From positions 12,730,001 to 12,794,000 of the forward strand of contig JASCQW010000156.1 in NCBI GenBank assembly GCA_030264375.1: 64,000 bases of DNA, written 5' to 3'. This stretch comes from Carcharhinus longimanus (lineage: Eukaryota). Below are positions 39,872-50,879 of the stretch, piece after piece (position 1 is the stretch's first letter; each line of letters begins with the position of its first letter). The position numbers and the translations under genes were made by a program. The notes beneath the pieces are model-generated. The model saw only the letters and a program-made list of their open reading frames with translations, searched no databases and was not told where the DNA came from.

Positions 39872-40444
39872 AGGCTACCAGCGATAGCCCTTATTTTTCA
39901 ATCTGCAGTGATGCTTCTCAGTTCTGAAAAAGTCTTAAGATATATGTGATAGGTCTCTCAGACTCATCATCCATTCTGTGAGATGAACTGCCCCAATACT
40001 GTGTGGGAAGGCATCACATGTTAGCACTAACATCTTTAGATGGGTCAAAATGTACCAAAACGAAAGATGAATGCAATCGTTTTAACTTTGTTGAATGCTT
40101 CTCACTGTAGTGCTTTCCAAAGCCATCTTCCTTAAATAAAACGTGTAAAGGAGTCAATGGCATTGACAGGTTTACCAGGAACCACCTGTAATAGTTAACT
40201 GCTCCCAGGAATGATTAAATTCTGAGGTGTTTCTAGGGGCCAATGCCTCCTTAATCGCTCATTCTTTGTCCTCCACAGAATGCAATCCTGGGCATTGACA
40301 TGCCAGCTGAGGTAAGCTACTTTGCTGGTCTGGAAAGTGCACATTTCATTTTTCAGGTGAACTGCCACCTCCTGAAATCTCAGTACCTCTTCTACATTGG
40401 CCAAATATGCAACCTCGGTTGCACCAGTAATCAGTACATCATCA
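39872..40444 (-). mobile_element. Gypsy/Ty3 pol fragment (RT C-terminus into RNase H), degenerate
   Basis: DDVLITGATEVAYLANVEEVL, NYYRWFLVNLSMPLTPLHVL, LVHFDPSK, ESERPITY and QIEK remnants across frameshifts. Confidence 0.75.
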
Positions 40445-41369
40445 TGTGGAGACACCACTGTTGGACTGGGGTGGGCACAGTAAGAAGTCTCACAACATCA
40501 GGTTAAAGTCCAACAGGTTTATTTGGTAGCACGAGCTTTCAGAGCACTGCTGCTTCATCAGGTGAGTGCAGAGTTGGGCTCACAAACAGGCTCAAATGCA
40601 AGATAATTGTTGGAATGTGAGTCTTAACAGGTAATCAAGTCTTTACAAGTACAGACAGTGCAAGTGAAGAAATGGTTAAGCGCCAGTTAAAGAGGTGTAA
40701 ATTGTCTCAAGCCAGGACAGTTAGCAAGATTTTGCAAGCCCAGGCAAATCGTGGACATTACAGGTAGTGTGACATGCACTCAAGATCCCAATGAAGCCAT
40801 TCTCATGTGTGTGGAACATGGTTATCAGTTTCTGCCCGGCGATTCTAAGTTGTTGTGTGTCTTTAAGGCTGCCTTGGAGAGCGCTTACCCAAAGATTGGA
40901 GGCTGAATGCCCTTCAGTGATGGAGTATTCCCCGACAGGAACACTCCGCCTGGTGATTGTCAAGCGGTGTCCATTCAACCATTGTCATAGCGTCAGCACA
41001 GTCTCACCAATGTACCATGCCTTGGGATGAGGGTAAGCATTCTCCAAGGTGGCCTTCAAGAGACACAATGCAGAATTGCCAAGCAGAAACTGATAGTCAA
41101 GTTCTGCACACATGAGGACGGCCTCAAGCGGGATGTGGGGTTCATGTCACACTACCTTAACCCCACGATTTGCCTAGGCTTGCAATATATCACTAACTGT
41201 TCTGGCTTGAGACAATTCGCACCTCTTTAACCTGTGTTTAACCCTCTCTCCACTTACATTGTCTGTATCTATAAGGATTTGATTACCTGTTAAGACTCAC
41301 ATTCCAACTATTATCTTGCAATTGAGTCTGTGTCTATATATGCCCTGTTTGTGAACCCAACTCTGCACT

Positions 41370-41404
41370 CACCTGATGAAAGAGCAGCACTCTGAAAGCT
41401 CGTG
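41370..41404 (+). ncRNA. Minimal type-I hammerhead ribozyme motif (Penelope-associated)
   Basis: CAC-CTGATGA-A-AGAG(CAGCA)CTCT-GAA-AGCT-C-GTG: 3-bp stem I, intact core, 4-bp stem II, palindromic AGCT in place of stem III. Activity untested. Confidence 0.7.
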
Positions 41405-42175
41405 CTACCAAATAAATCTGTTGGCCTTTAACAACATGTTGTGAGACTTCTTATGATGTCATGCTAAGCAGGAAGATCCAAAGTTTTGACCCTAGTCTGC
41501 ATTGATTTAGTTAATCTCAGCCATGATAAGAAGCAAAGTGGAGGAAAATTAGTTGCACTTCTTGTTTCTGGCTGACCCCTATCTGGTGACCTTCTGTCTT
41601 ATAGTTGGCAAAGGACATAATTGAGCTTTTCTGTCAACTACATCCCCCCTCCCACCCCAATGATCACCATCTTGGCTCAATCATGAAGATTAGTCACATG
41701 AGCAAAGTCCTAAAGGTAACCTGCGCACACATTTGTGCCCCAAAAGTGAGGAGCAAAGAACGTTTGGGAAGAACAGTGGGCAAAACAGAGGGAGCCTTCA
41801 ATTGTCAGCAGCCTTAACATAACAGTACTGTCGTTTTCCTCTGAACATGGAAAACACCCAATGTTTTAGTTATTGACAGAGTGAAAGGAACATGAGGAGC
41901 TAATGCTGAATTGCTGCAGTAACTTGGGTGTTTCCATACTTTATCTGGCATTTCCATAGATTTTCCACTGCAGTCACAGAGGGTGGTCAGAAATGAATTG
42001 AATCATAGAGTAATAAAGCACAGAAGGAAGCCATGAAGCCTATCATGTCTGCGTTGACTCTCTGAATTTAAAATTACTTTGTATTAATGTTCTCATTTAG
42101 AAAGATGTATATTAATGCCATGTTTCCTTTATTTTCCTTCCTCCATTCCACCCTCCTTCAAATGGAACACCGCAG

Positions 42176-42310
42176 ACTTATGCCATGATGCTTTCATTCT
42201 CTGAGAACGCTTCCCTGCATCCATCGTCCCAGAACTCTCTGGATGCTTGGTTGAACATAGCAGGAGCTACACCGGAGTCAGGGACCTTTCATCCAATCAA
42301 CCACGTATGA
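42176..42310 (+). CDS. PRDM16: PRDM16 terminal coding exon (eq. exon 17), TYAMMLSFSENASLHPSSQNSLDAWLNIAGATPESGTFHPINHV*
   Basis: Absent from the ORF track. cgcag acceptor, 135 nt ending in TGA at 42308-42310; matches recalled human AYAMMLSLSE...SLDAWL...SGAFHPINHL*. Confidence 0.96.
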   Translation, partial: TYAMMLSFSENASLHPSSQNSLDAWLNIAGATPESGTFHPINHV

Positions 42311-45300
42311 GAGAGGGAGCATCAGCAAAGCAAGATGTGGGCCTGGCTTAGTTGGGAAGGATGGGGGTGTGGTGACGTAGAGGGCACTGGATGCTGGCAC
42401 CAAGGGCATGGCTGCTGAAAACTGAAACCCCCATTGCCCCCTCCCCCACCACCCCCACCTGCTGAGCTAAAGAGGCCTTACAACACTTTCATTCCTTCGG
42501 TCGAAACTGAATTATGTTGCCGACCTTAAATTCCACAAGATATTTATTCCTGTTATATAGTTTTTTTGCACAAATATATAATTGGGGCTGCAGCTTAAAA
42601 AAAGAAATAAAATATTAATACACAGGGGCCAGTCAAGCTATGGGAAGAAGGATGTACGTCCCTTGAAAAAGGTATCCTTGCTTGATCATCTATATCCCAT
42701 CTTACTTTACATCATTGAATTCTATTATAATTTAAATTATTTGTAGAAATAAGCAGGGGAGTCAATTCTGCAATAATGAATCTGTAAATAATTGCCTGCA
42801 TTCTCTCAATCTCCCTCCCCCACCATCTAAAATATCTCCCTCCTAGGCATTATTTCTCTTCTATAACAAACAGTATTGTGTCTTGAACTCTTAGCTGTCA
42901 TGAGAGTGATTTAAAAATATTAATATAATTATCTAGAGAAGGACCAAATGTTGTGTAATGATGTTGTACAATAACTGTTGAATAGGGAGAGTTGCTTGTG
43001 CCAAATAACCTAGGTTGTCCTTCTAGCTGCAGATTCCCAGACAATCAAATTTGTTTCTTTGTTTATTTTGTTTAGTCATAGATATTATTGAATTTCTTCT
43101 TGTCCATTAGTGTTTATGTCCTTGCTATTTATTCCTTAGACGATTTCCTTGCAGGCGCCCTGCTTCCAACAAAAAATAGTCCAAAAATGTGAATTTTTTC
43201 TCTTTTTTAATGTAAACATTTTTGTGTGGCATGCATTGTGGTAGTGCCAAACCTTTGAGATGGGAGTTTGGTGGGGGATTTTTTTGAACTCAGTATTTTA
43301 TTTAAAGAGCAGATCCTGTTGTTAGATTTGATTCTTTACGAGGAAACGAATTAGAAGAATAAGAGAATAGGCTTCAGCAGTTGTGGTTTCCGTGGTAAAT
43401 AATTATAAAGGAAAATTAAAAGAATAAAGAGACCTTTGCTTTGAAAAAGCTCCTGTAAATACTTGTGTAAAACCCAGCAATTTCTTTTGTCCCCTGATGT
43501 GACTCAAGTTGGTGCTGAATGATTTCACTGATTCCTCTCAGCAACTGTGGAATCAGGTAATCAAGAAGGACACAGGTTCCATGCAATTATTACTTTGCAC
43601 GATTGTCGGCATGTCCCTTAGTTTCTCCTTTTACTTTGTAATGAACCAAGCCAGCAGTGTAAATGTATAAAAAAAAGTGGGTCTTTTATTCTTTGGAACA
43701 GCTGATTAATTAGAGAAATTCTAGTTGTTCGTGGCTGTGACATTCCGTACCTGTTTTTCAGTGTGCCATTCTTCCTTCTTCCCTACACTGTCTCACATAC
43801 ATTTTACCTTTCCTCAGTGACTGAATAGCAATCTGTAAAAGGCCAACCGAATCTTACAGCCTAACGTCCGTAGACAATCTTGCTTCCCAATAGCTTTCCA
43901 AGCAGTTCAACAATGCTGTCATGCAAGAGATGGGCACACTTTTGTGTTAGGCAATCCCACCTTGAGATGAGGTACAAATTTGATCCATTTTGTCACAAGT
44001 CCATTTCTCAGTCTTGGTGGAAAAACCTGATTAAAAGACATTTAGCACAGCTTCACACATTCATCCATAAAGAACTCTTCAAATACAGACAGCAAACTTA
44101 TTCCAACTTATAAATCAAAGAAAAGGTTTAATAAAGAAACTTTATTACTCCAAACTTGAGGTGTCACTCTGGGCCATTCCAAGCAAAAAAACAACAATTC
44201 CCAACAAGTCCTTATTTATACTGAGTCAGCTGGTCAGCTAACATTCACATCATTCTGTCGTTGGTTACATGGTTTACAGCTGACCCTTACAGCTTGGTCA
44301 CATTACAACAGCTACAATGTTATCACTGATTACATTGTAACATCACATGTAATTAAGAAGCAACTATATGCCATTACAGTCTCATTCTACAGCCATTCCC
44401 TGGCTACACTGCACGTACATTAATTATGATTGTTTAATATAATTCAATTCTCAGCTTCCCTTCCCTAAGAACCATTTAGCAGAATAAGCTGTTACAGCTG
44501 TTCTACTAGTTGGTGTAAATGGACAATCATTGAATTTTAACTGTGCCACTTACTAGAATTAGAGAAACTGATGGGAGAATTGTCCTCATCAGCATTTGAG
44601 GTACATGAAACAAAACAGCAGTGTCACCCTGTTCAACTGTACCCCACATCTTAATTTATTTCAGCTTCCAGATTTGTGAAGATTACTTCATTCAAGCATC
44701 TGATCTTAAAGGCACTGATTTTTTTCTAGGCATGGATATAACTTACCAACCACTTCCTCCCGAAAAGCCATTCTTCACGTCCAAGCCTAGATGGCAAATA
44801 TCTTCAAGGAGAAGAACGAGCTAACCCTGATCCCATCCTATTCATGTCACGCAAGCAGTTTTTAGCAAAGGTCATTGTACAGCAATCAAGAAGGGCACCT
44901 TGGTCATATATTTCTCCCCCTTACAAGCCAAGAATACTTTCACTAATTTTAATATCATCCCTACCCACCTGCCATCATCTTCTAAGACCCATTCAGCACA
45001 ATTGGGATGAATTTCTACGGCATTCTCCCATTTAGCACTACAATGGCACTAAATACTGATTTTTCCAGATTTTCATGACTTTCATGACATGGAGGGTGGC
45101 AAAGCTCCCTTACTGAAATTTTCGCCAACATTTTTAAGAACACCTTTACCATTTAAAGATAAAGGACAAACTGCCTCTGGTAAAAGGATCTGGTTGTCCA
45201 AAAACCCTGAGGTTCATGATCTCAGGTGTACCTTGTGCATTACATTGAAGAGTTGTCAAGTTTTCACAGGCTCTATCCACCTCTTCCACTCTCAACTCAC

Positions 45301-47944
45301 TCCCAGCTTTACTGCTCATGTTCACCTCCATTCTTCACCTTCATCCTTCTTTCTCATCTCAATTTCCATTCCTCATCTTCACGTTCCTTCTCCATTCCAA
45401 TCTTCAATCCTTATTCCATTGCTCACTCTTCACTTTCCTTCCTGATCTCAATTCCTATCCCTTCCTCAAGCCAATATCTATTCATTCATCTTTGTTTCTC
45501 AAATTCACCATCATCTTTCCCAAGCTAGTTTCTTCTAATCTTTGGCACATATTTACCAGAATGAAGAGCCATACTTTGCAGTCTTGTGCTTTTATCTGAT
45601 CAAAATACCATGTTCCAGGATAGTAACTACCACTCGCTTACTACAATCATTGAGAAATGTCTCAGATCAAACCATTGTGTTTTCAGTAAATGATTTTTTT
45701 TTTACCATTGAGAATTGGAGGCTGCTGGTCGGCCAATAGGGGTTTTACACTTATCTCACCACCTGCCCCATTTATTAAGTCTTGTGGAAAGCAACTAGCA
45801 CTTAGAATGTGAGTTAGCATAAACCAGAAAACATGCACAGGCCCGACGTTCCACTGCAGCATACCTCAAACAGATCATTCCTGTGATACCTCAGGCAGAT
45901 TCTTTTCTTATACTGGGGTCAGGGAACAAAGGGAAGACATAACTTAAGGATTCTATGATGTGTCTTCCACTGTGAATGTCAGTTGAGATATTTAAGGGGC
46001 ATGTTTTTTGCTGTGTCATGCAAAGAAATGTTTGCTTGACAACAATGCTAAAGTTTTGGTGGAGCATCAGCCCTGGACCTCGCATCCCAAGAAAGACTGT
46101 AGCTCTCTCTTAGCACAAGGAAGAATGTTCTATTCTCCCACTTGAAAGAGGGTGACCAGCGATAAGTAGCCTTAAAGAAGGCCAAATCCCATAAACACAG
46201 TGAGTACTAGATCCAACATGCTGGGTGTATGATGAAGTAGAGAAACACACCAGCAATAATCATCACACTTGAAAAGATTTTAGTGATTCACAGTACCAGT
46301 TACATTTTGATTAATTGAGGGTACAATTGGTCTTTGGAAAAAGTGTGATATAGGTGATAGCAAATTGACAAGACATTGTACACTGTACCCAATTTTCATT
46401 CCCATTGCCAAAGTCCAATTTCATTCTCATCAGTTCCTTTGCACTTGCCGGTAGGGTGCCTTGTATATTCCAAGATAATCCACAGTTAGCTTCTGTCTCC
46501 CAGTCACAGGCTGGCCTCTTTAGCTCTTATGTTAACATTGGTGTCCTTAATTCTGGACTGTGGACCCTAGAAGTTAATTGCCCTACCAGCAAGGTCTGCT
46601 GCTTGCAGACAGTGTGTGTATATAGCACTTTGAGTTTATTTTGACTTGTAAACAAGTGTTAGTCAATGGATGCATCCAGCCTGGTGACGAAAAGGAGTCC
46701 CATGATTACAGGCAGCTTGGCCTTTGTTAGTCTTGCAAGTTTTTTTAAGATGATGATGTGATCTCATGTTGAAACCATTCTAGTTTTGATTCTTAATGTG
46801 TTGTTTAAAGTTTCTTCTTTTAAAGAATAGTTTCCAATGTTAACTCCAAGAAGGACAGTTGGCACAGATGCACTAAGGGAAGATCGGACAACTTTCCATG
46901 AAAATTTCACTGCTCGTAAAGTCAGGCATGTGTCAACCAGAGCACGATGCACTTGCAAATTCCTTGCACTGAAGGCAGCATTAGAAGATGCCCAGTGATG
47001 TAATAGGCAAACTATTGCCCAAGTTCTGGGTATTCCTCTACTTATGCATCAAGTGGACCTTTGTTATTCATTTGGGAAGAGTTCTTATAAGCACAGTGTC
47101 TGGAGGAATCACAAATGCTTTCATAAAGCATGCAATTGGGATTCCACTGCACTAGGTGCACTAAGAAAATCTTCCCTTGCATGAAGGATCCTTGGTTAAG
47201 CATAGGCAGAGTGAGATAGGAGCAGTGACATAATCCACTGACATCCTTGAGTTTTTCTTTCCAATGTAATTTTGCTGGTTGTGAGATGGGAAGGGAGAGG
47301 GAATAAAAGTGGTCTTCTTACCTGTAATATATATGTATTACTGTCCTATTTCAAGGTTAAAGTTGGAAAGCAGTCCTCTGAGCATGAAAAGCAGACACAA
47401 GTTGTGTCATGTGATTTTACCGTTGTACTTTTTTTTCACATTTGGTCACATGAGCCCTGGTAGGTTCAACATGAAGGAAACAGAAAGCTGAACTGTCTCA
47501 TCCCCACCCCACTCATCCTTCCCCAGATATGCCTCGATCAGTATCCATGTTCTAGGTTTGTCCTCACACGTCCCAACAAATCATTGCGTGCTTTTTTTCT
47601 TGATTTCTATACATTTTAAACTGTGTAGTGTTTAAAAAAATAGTCATTGTAAGTGGTTAGATTTCATTAACCAGAAACTGTTTAAAGATTACAATGATGG
47701 TGCTTGTTTCCTTTCTGTTTGGGTTGTATATTGCTTACAATATGTTTTAAAAAAAATTGTCTTCAACAAAAAAAAGAAAAAAAATGGCTGTGCATGGCTT
47801 GTGTTTAGCTGTTGGTGTGTTTCTTGTGATGAAAATACTGTAGGGATGCACTTACTTGTATATGTGGTTAGGCATTGTCCAAAGTTAGGAGTCTTTAACT
47901 GCCCAGACACAGAAGGGCGCTTTGTTAATAAGCTGAATAGTTTA

Positions 47945-48049
47945 ACACACAAAACACATCAAACACACACATACATACAGACACACACATATACATACAC
48001 ACACGCACACACACAAACACACACACACGCACACACACAAACACACACA
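47945..48049. repeat. Imperfect (CA)n microsatellite in the distal 3' UTR
   Basis: Read directly. Confidence 0.95.
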
Positions 48050-48274
48050 GATCTTTGCTTGTGGGAGAGACAAAAGAGTGTAGGAAAATGAAAGTGAGTG
48101 ATTCACAGAGAAAATAAATCTGTTCGTTTTGATGCTTGTGATACAGTTATTACCTGGAGAAATGAAAAAAAGAAAATCCAACCTGATTCCTATGTTTATG
48201 ATGTAGAGTAGGAATGTATACCAAATGTAATCTTTCAAAATGCTACAATGAATTTATACACAAGATTGATATGC

Positions 48275-48280
48275 AATAAA
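48275..48280 (+). terminator. Candidate distal polyadenylation signal of PRDM16
   Basis: AATAAA with upstream TGTA motifs and downstream gtgtgctttt elements. Other AATAAA hexamers at 42606, 43423, 44130 and 48113 could be proximal sites. Confidence 0.6.
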
Positions 48281-49479
48281 CCTGTGTGCTTTTTATATTA
48301 AAGGGCTCCAGTGTGCTTTTCATGGCTGTTAGAACTTGGGTTGTCTAATTTGAAGAGTTGCTGAGATTATATACCATTCACACAATCAGAGATTTCAATT
48401 TCCATTCCTTTGCCCCCTCATTAATAGCTGCAATATTAAGAACACTAGCTCAATCTTACATTCACTGAGCTCTTTGGATCTCAGCAGTACAAAGCAGCAA
48501 TGTATTATCTTCTTCACTTTGTCTTTGTTACTTCCACACTTTATTTCAATATTTTCATGGCCAACCTTCCATCTTCCACTCTACATAAACTTGAGCTCAT
48601 TCTGAACTCTATTGTCAATATCCCAACAAGAACCTGGTCTGTTCAGCAATCACCAGGTGTTCATTTCCCTACATTGGAGCCTGGTCTGCTCACACTCCAA
48701 TTTAAAATTCTCATACTTGTTTTCAAACTGCTACATGACTTTGCCCCTTCCTATCATGTAGAATCCTCCAACATCACATGCTTTTAAAATCACAGCTCCT
48801 CCTGTGCATCCCTATTTTAATCACTATTATTGATAAATTCTTGAGCCTCACCAGATTGCCCGTGGGAATCCTGATGCCCCACTGAATGGGGCATCAGCCA
48901 AAAATCAGGATTCCAGATGGGCATTAAGGCCAATCAGGATTCATCCACCCGGCCAGCCTGATTGGGCTCCTGCCCATAACGGGTGATATCCTGATTACCA
49001 TGCAAACCAGCTAATTGGAATATAGTTAGCGGGTTTGACAGCCCATTCACCAGCCCCCTGCCATTCACCAGCTTCTCCAACAGGAAATGCACTGGGTCAG
49101 CTTTGGTGTTAGTAATGACCATTGTGGACCTGACATGCTGGACCCCATTGGTTTGGGGAGCACCACCAACCCCTCAGCAAAGAAAGACATCCCCCAACCA
49201 CCATTCAAACAATGAATCTTTTCCTACACCAGGCATGGGAGTGACCTGACCTAACTCCCCCACAGCCCCTCTCCACCGCATCACCCCTCCTCTTTAGATA
49301 CAGAGGCTGTGGTCTCCCATTATTGGAAGCAGACTTATAATTGCCTCTGGGGTAGCATTCAGCCCTGTCAGTCAAAAGATCTTAGCTTTGGTTCTCCTTA
49401 TTCTTACAACACACTGTAACTAAAGAGTGGCAGTGATGGAAGACTGACCTTGGTAAGACAATTACAGAAAGGAAAATAA

Positions 49480-50870
49480 AATGAGAGTAAACTAGTGAGA
49501 AGCATAAAAAAGGACTCTAAAAGTTTCTACAGGTCAATAAAAAGGAAAAGATTAGCAAAAACAAATGTGGATCCATTACAGGCAGAAACAGGGGAATTTA
49601 TAATGGGGAATAAGGAAATGGCAGAGCCCCTAAATAGATGCTTCATGTCTGTCTTCAAAGTGGAAAACGCTAAAAACCTCCCAGAAGTGATGGACAATCA
49701 AAGCACTAATGTAAATGATGAAATTCCAAATATTAACATTAGAAAATAAAGTACCAGATGAAATTCATAGAACTAAAAGCAGATAAATCTTATGGCTGTG
49801 ATGATCCACATCCCAAAGTGTTGAAAGAGGTTGCTGCAAAGGTAATGGCTGGGTTTCTCCCAAAAACATTCCAAGTGCCCAATTCACATGAAATCAGGAG
49901 TAACTCCCGCCAATTCTTTAGAGTGATTTTCAGATTGAATCTCCCACACTCTGCATTGCAGAGTGGCCTAGCGGAATTCTCTCTGAAAATCAGGAGATAG
50001 GGCCTATTCCCGCTAGAGAGGTCAGCAGCATAGCCCTGAGCGGGCTATAGTGCATTCGCAGATCTGTCAGTGTGGCGATCAAGCACATCCTCAGTGGCTC
50101 TGATGACCTCCCATTGGCTTCCAATCGCTGGCCAGCCCCAAAACCCCTATCGCTGCTTCTCCGACTCCCCCATCCCTGATAGCTGGCCTTCCGAACCTCC
50201 CTGGGCAAGCCCTGATATGTCCCCCCTCCACCTCACCCCTGGCCAGCCCTGATCTCCCTGAGCTCTGGCCAGAGCCAATCTTCCCGGCCCCACCCCTGGC
50301 AATACTGACCCTGACCTCCAGCGGTCTATGGCACCCAGTGGGGAGTCTGCAAAACGGCCTCCACAGGTCTCTCCCAGCCATTCATGCCAGTGGAATTTTC
50401 CAGTCCCGCCAGTGGCACATCCTTGCCATGGGTTCCATGGCAGTGAGAGGTGCGAACAATGAAAAAGCTGTTGACAACAGCGGGACCAGAAAGTCTTGCT
50501 TCTGGCCAGTGACAGGTCACCTCCTGCCACCACAAAACACGTGGTAAGTTATGTGGAAAATATCTCTCAAGGTTCTACCATCTCTGGAATGGTTCCTGCA
50601 TGTCAGCAAATGTCACCCCATCACTTAAGAAAAGCGGGAGAGAAAATAGGGCCTGAGGTCAGTCATGGGGAAAATGCTCGAATCCATAATAAAGGATGTT
50701 ATAATGGGACAGGTAGAAAAATCTGGTCGTGTTGGCCACAGTCAATATGAATTTGTGTAAAGGAAATCGTGTTTAACATTTGTTGGAGTTTATTTGAGGA
50801 TGTAACTAACAGAATAGATAAAGGGGAAATGGATGGATGTGCTATATTTAGGTTTTCAGAAAACATTTGA
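49480..50870 (+). mobile_element. Degenerate CR1 ORF2 fragment split by a GC-rich insertion (~49845-50570)
   Basis: IKKDSKSFYRSIKRKR, GNKEMAEPLNRCFMSVF and LKADKSYGCDDPHPKVLKE motifs; CR1-like sequence resumes after ~50575. Confidence 0.7.
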
Positions 50871-50879
50871 CCCGTCCAC

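Larger units (their letters stand above)
39608..41453 (-). mobile_element. Composite Penelope-like insertion: terminus + gap + CR1/Gypsy cargo + terminus + GIY-YIG 3' end + inverted arm
   Basis: TGATGTCATGCTA at 39595-39607 and 41454-41466; minus-strand PKAWYIGETVLTL*QWLNGHR...PVGE (GIY-YIG endonuclease) from 41026 downward; hammerhead motifs at 40530-40564 (-) and 41370-41404 (+). Confidence 0.8.
42311..48300 (+). other. PRDM16: Probable long 3' UTR of PRDM16
   Basis: AT-rich ~6 kb after the stop that lacks the common SINE/LINE families; ends at AATAAA 48275-48280 followed by GT/T-rich sequence, after which repeats resume. The end point is inferred. Confidence 0.65.
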
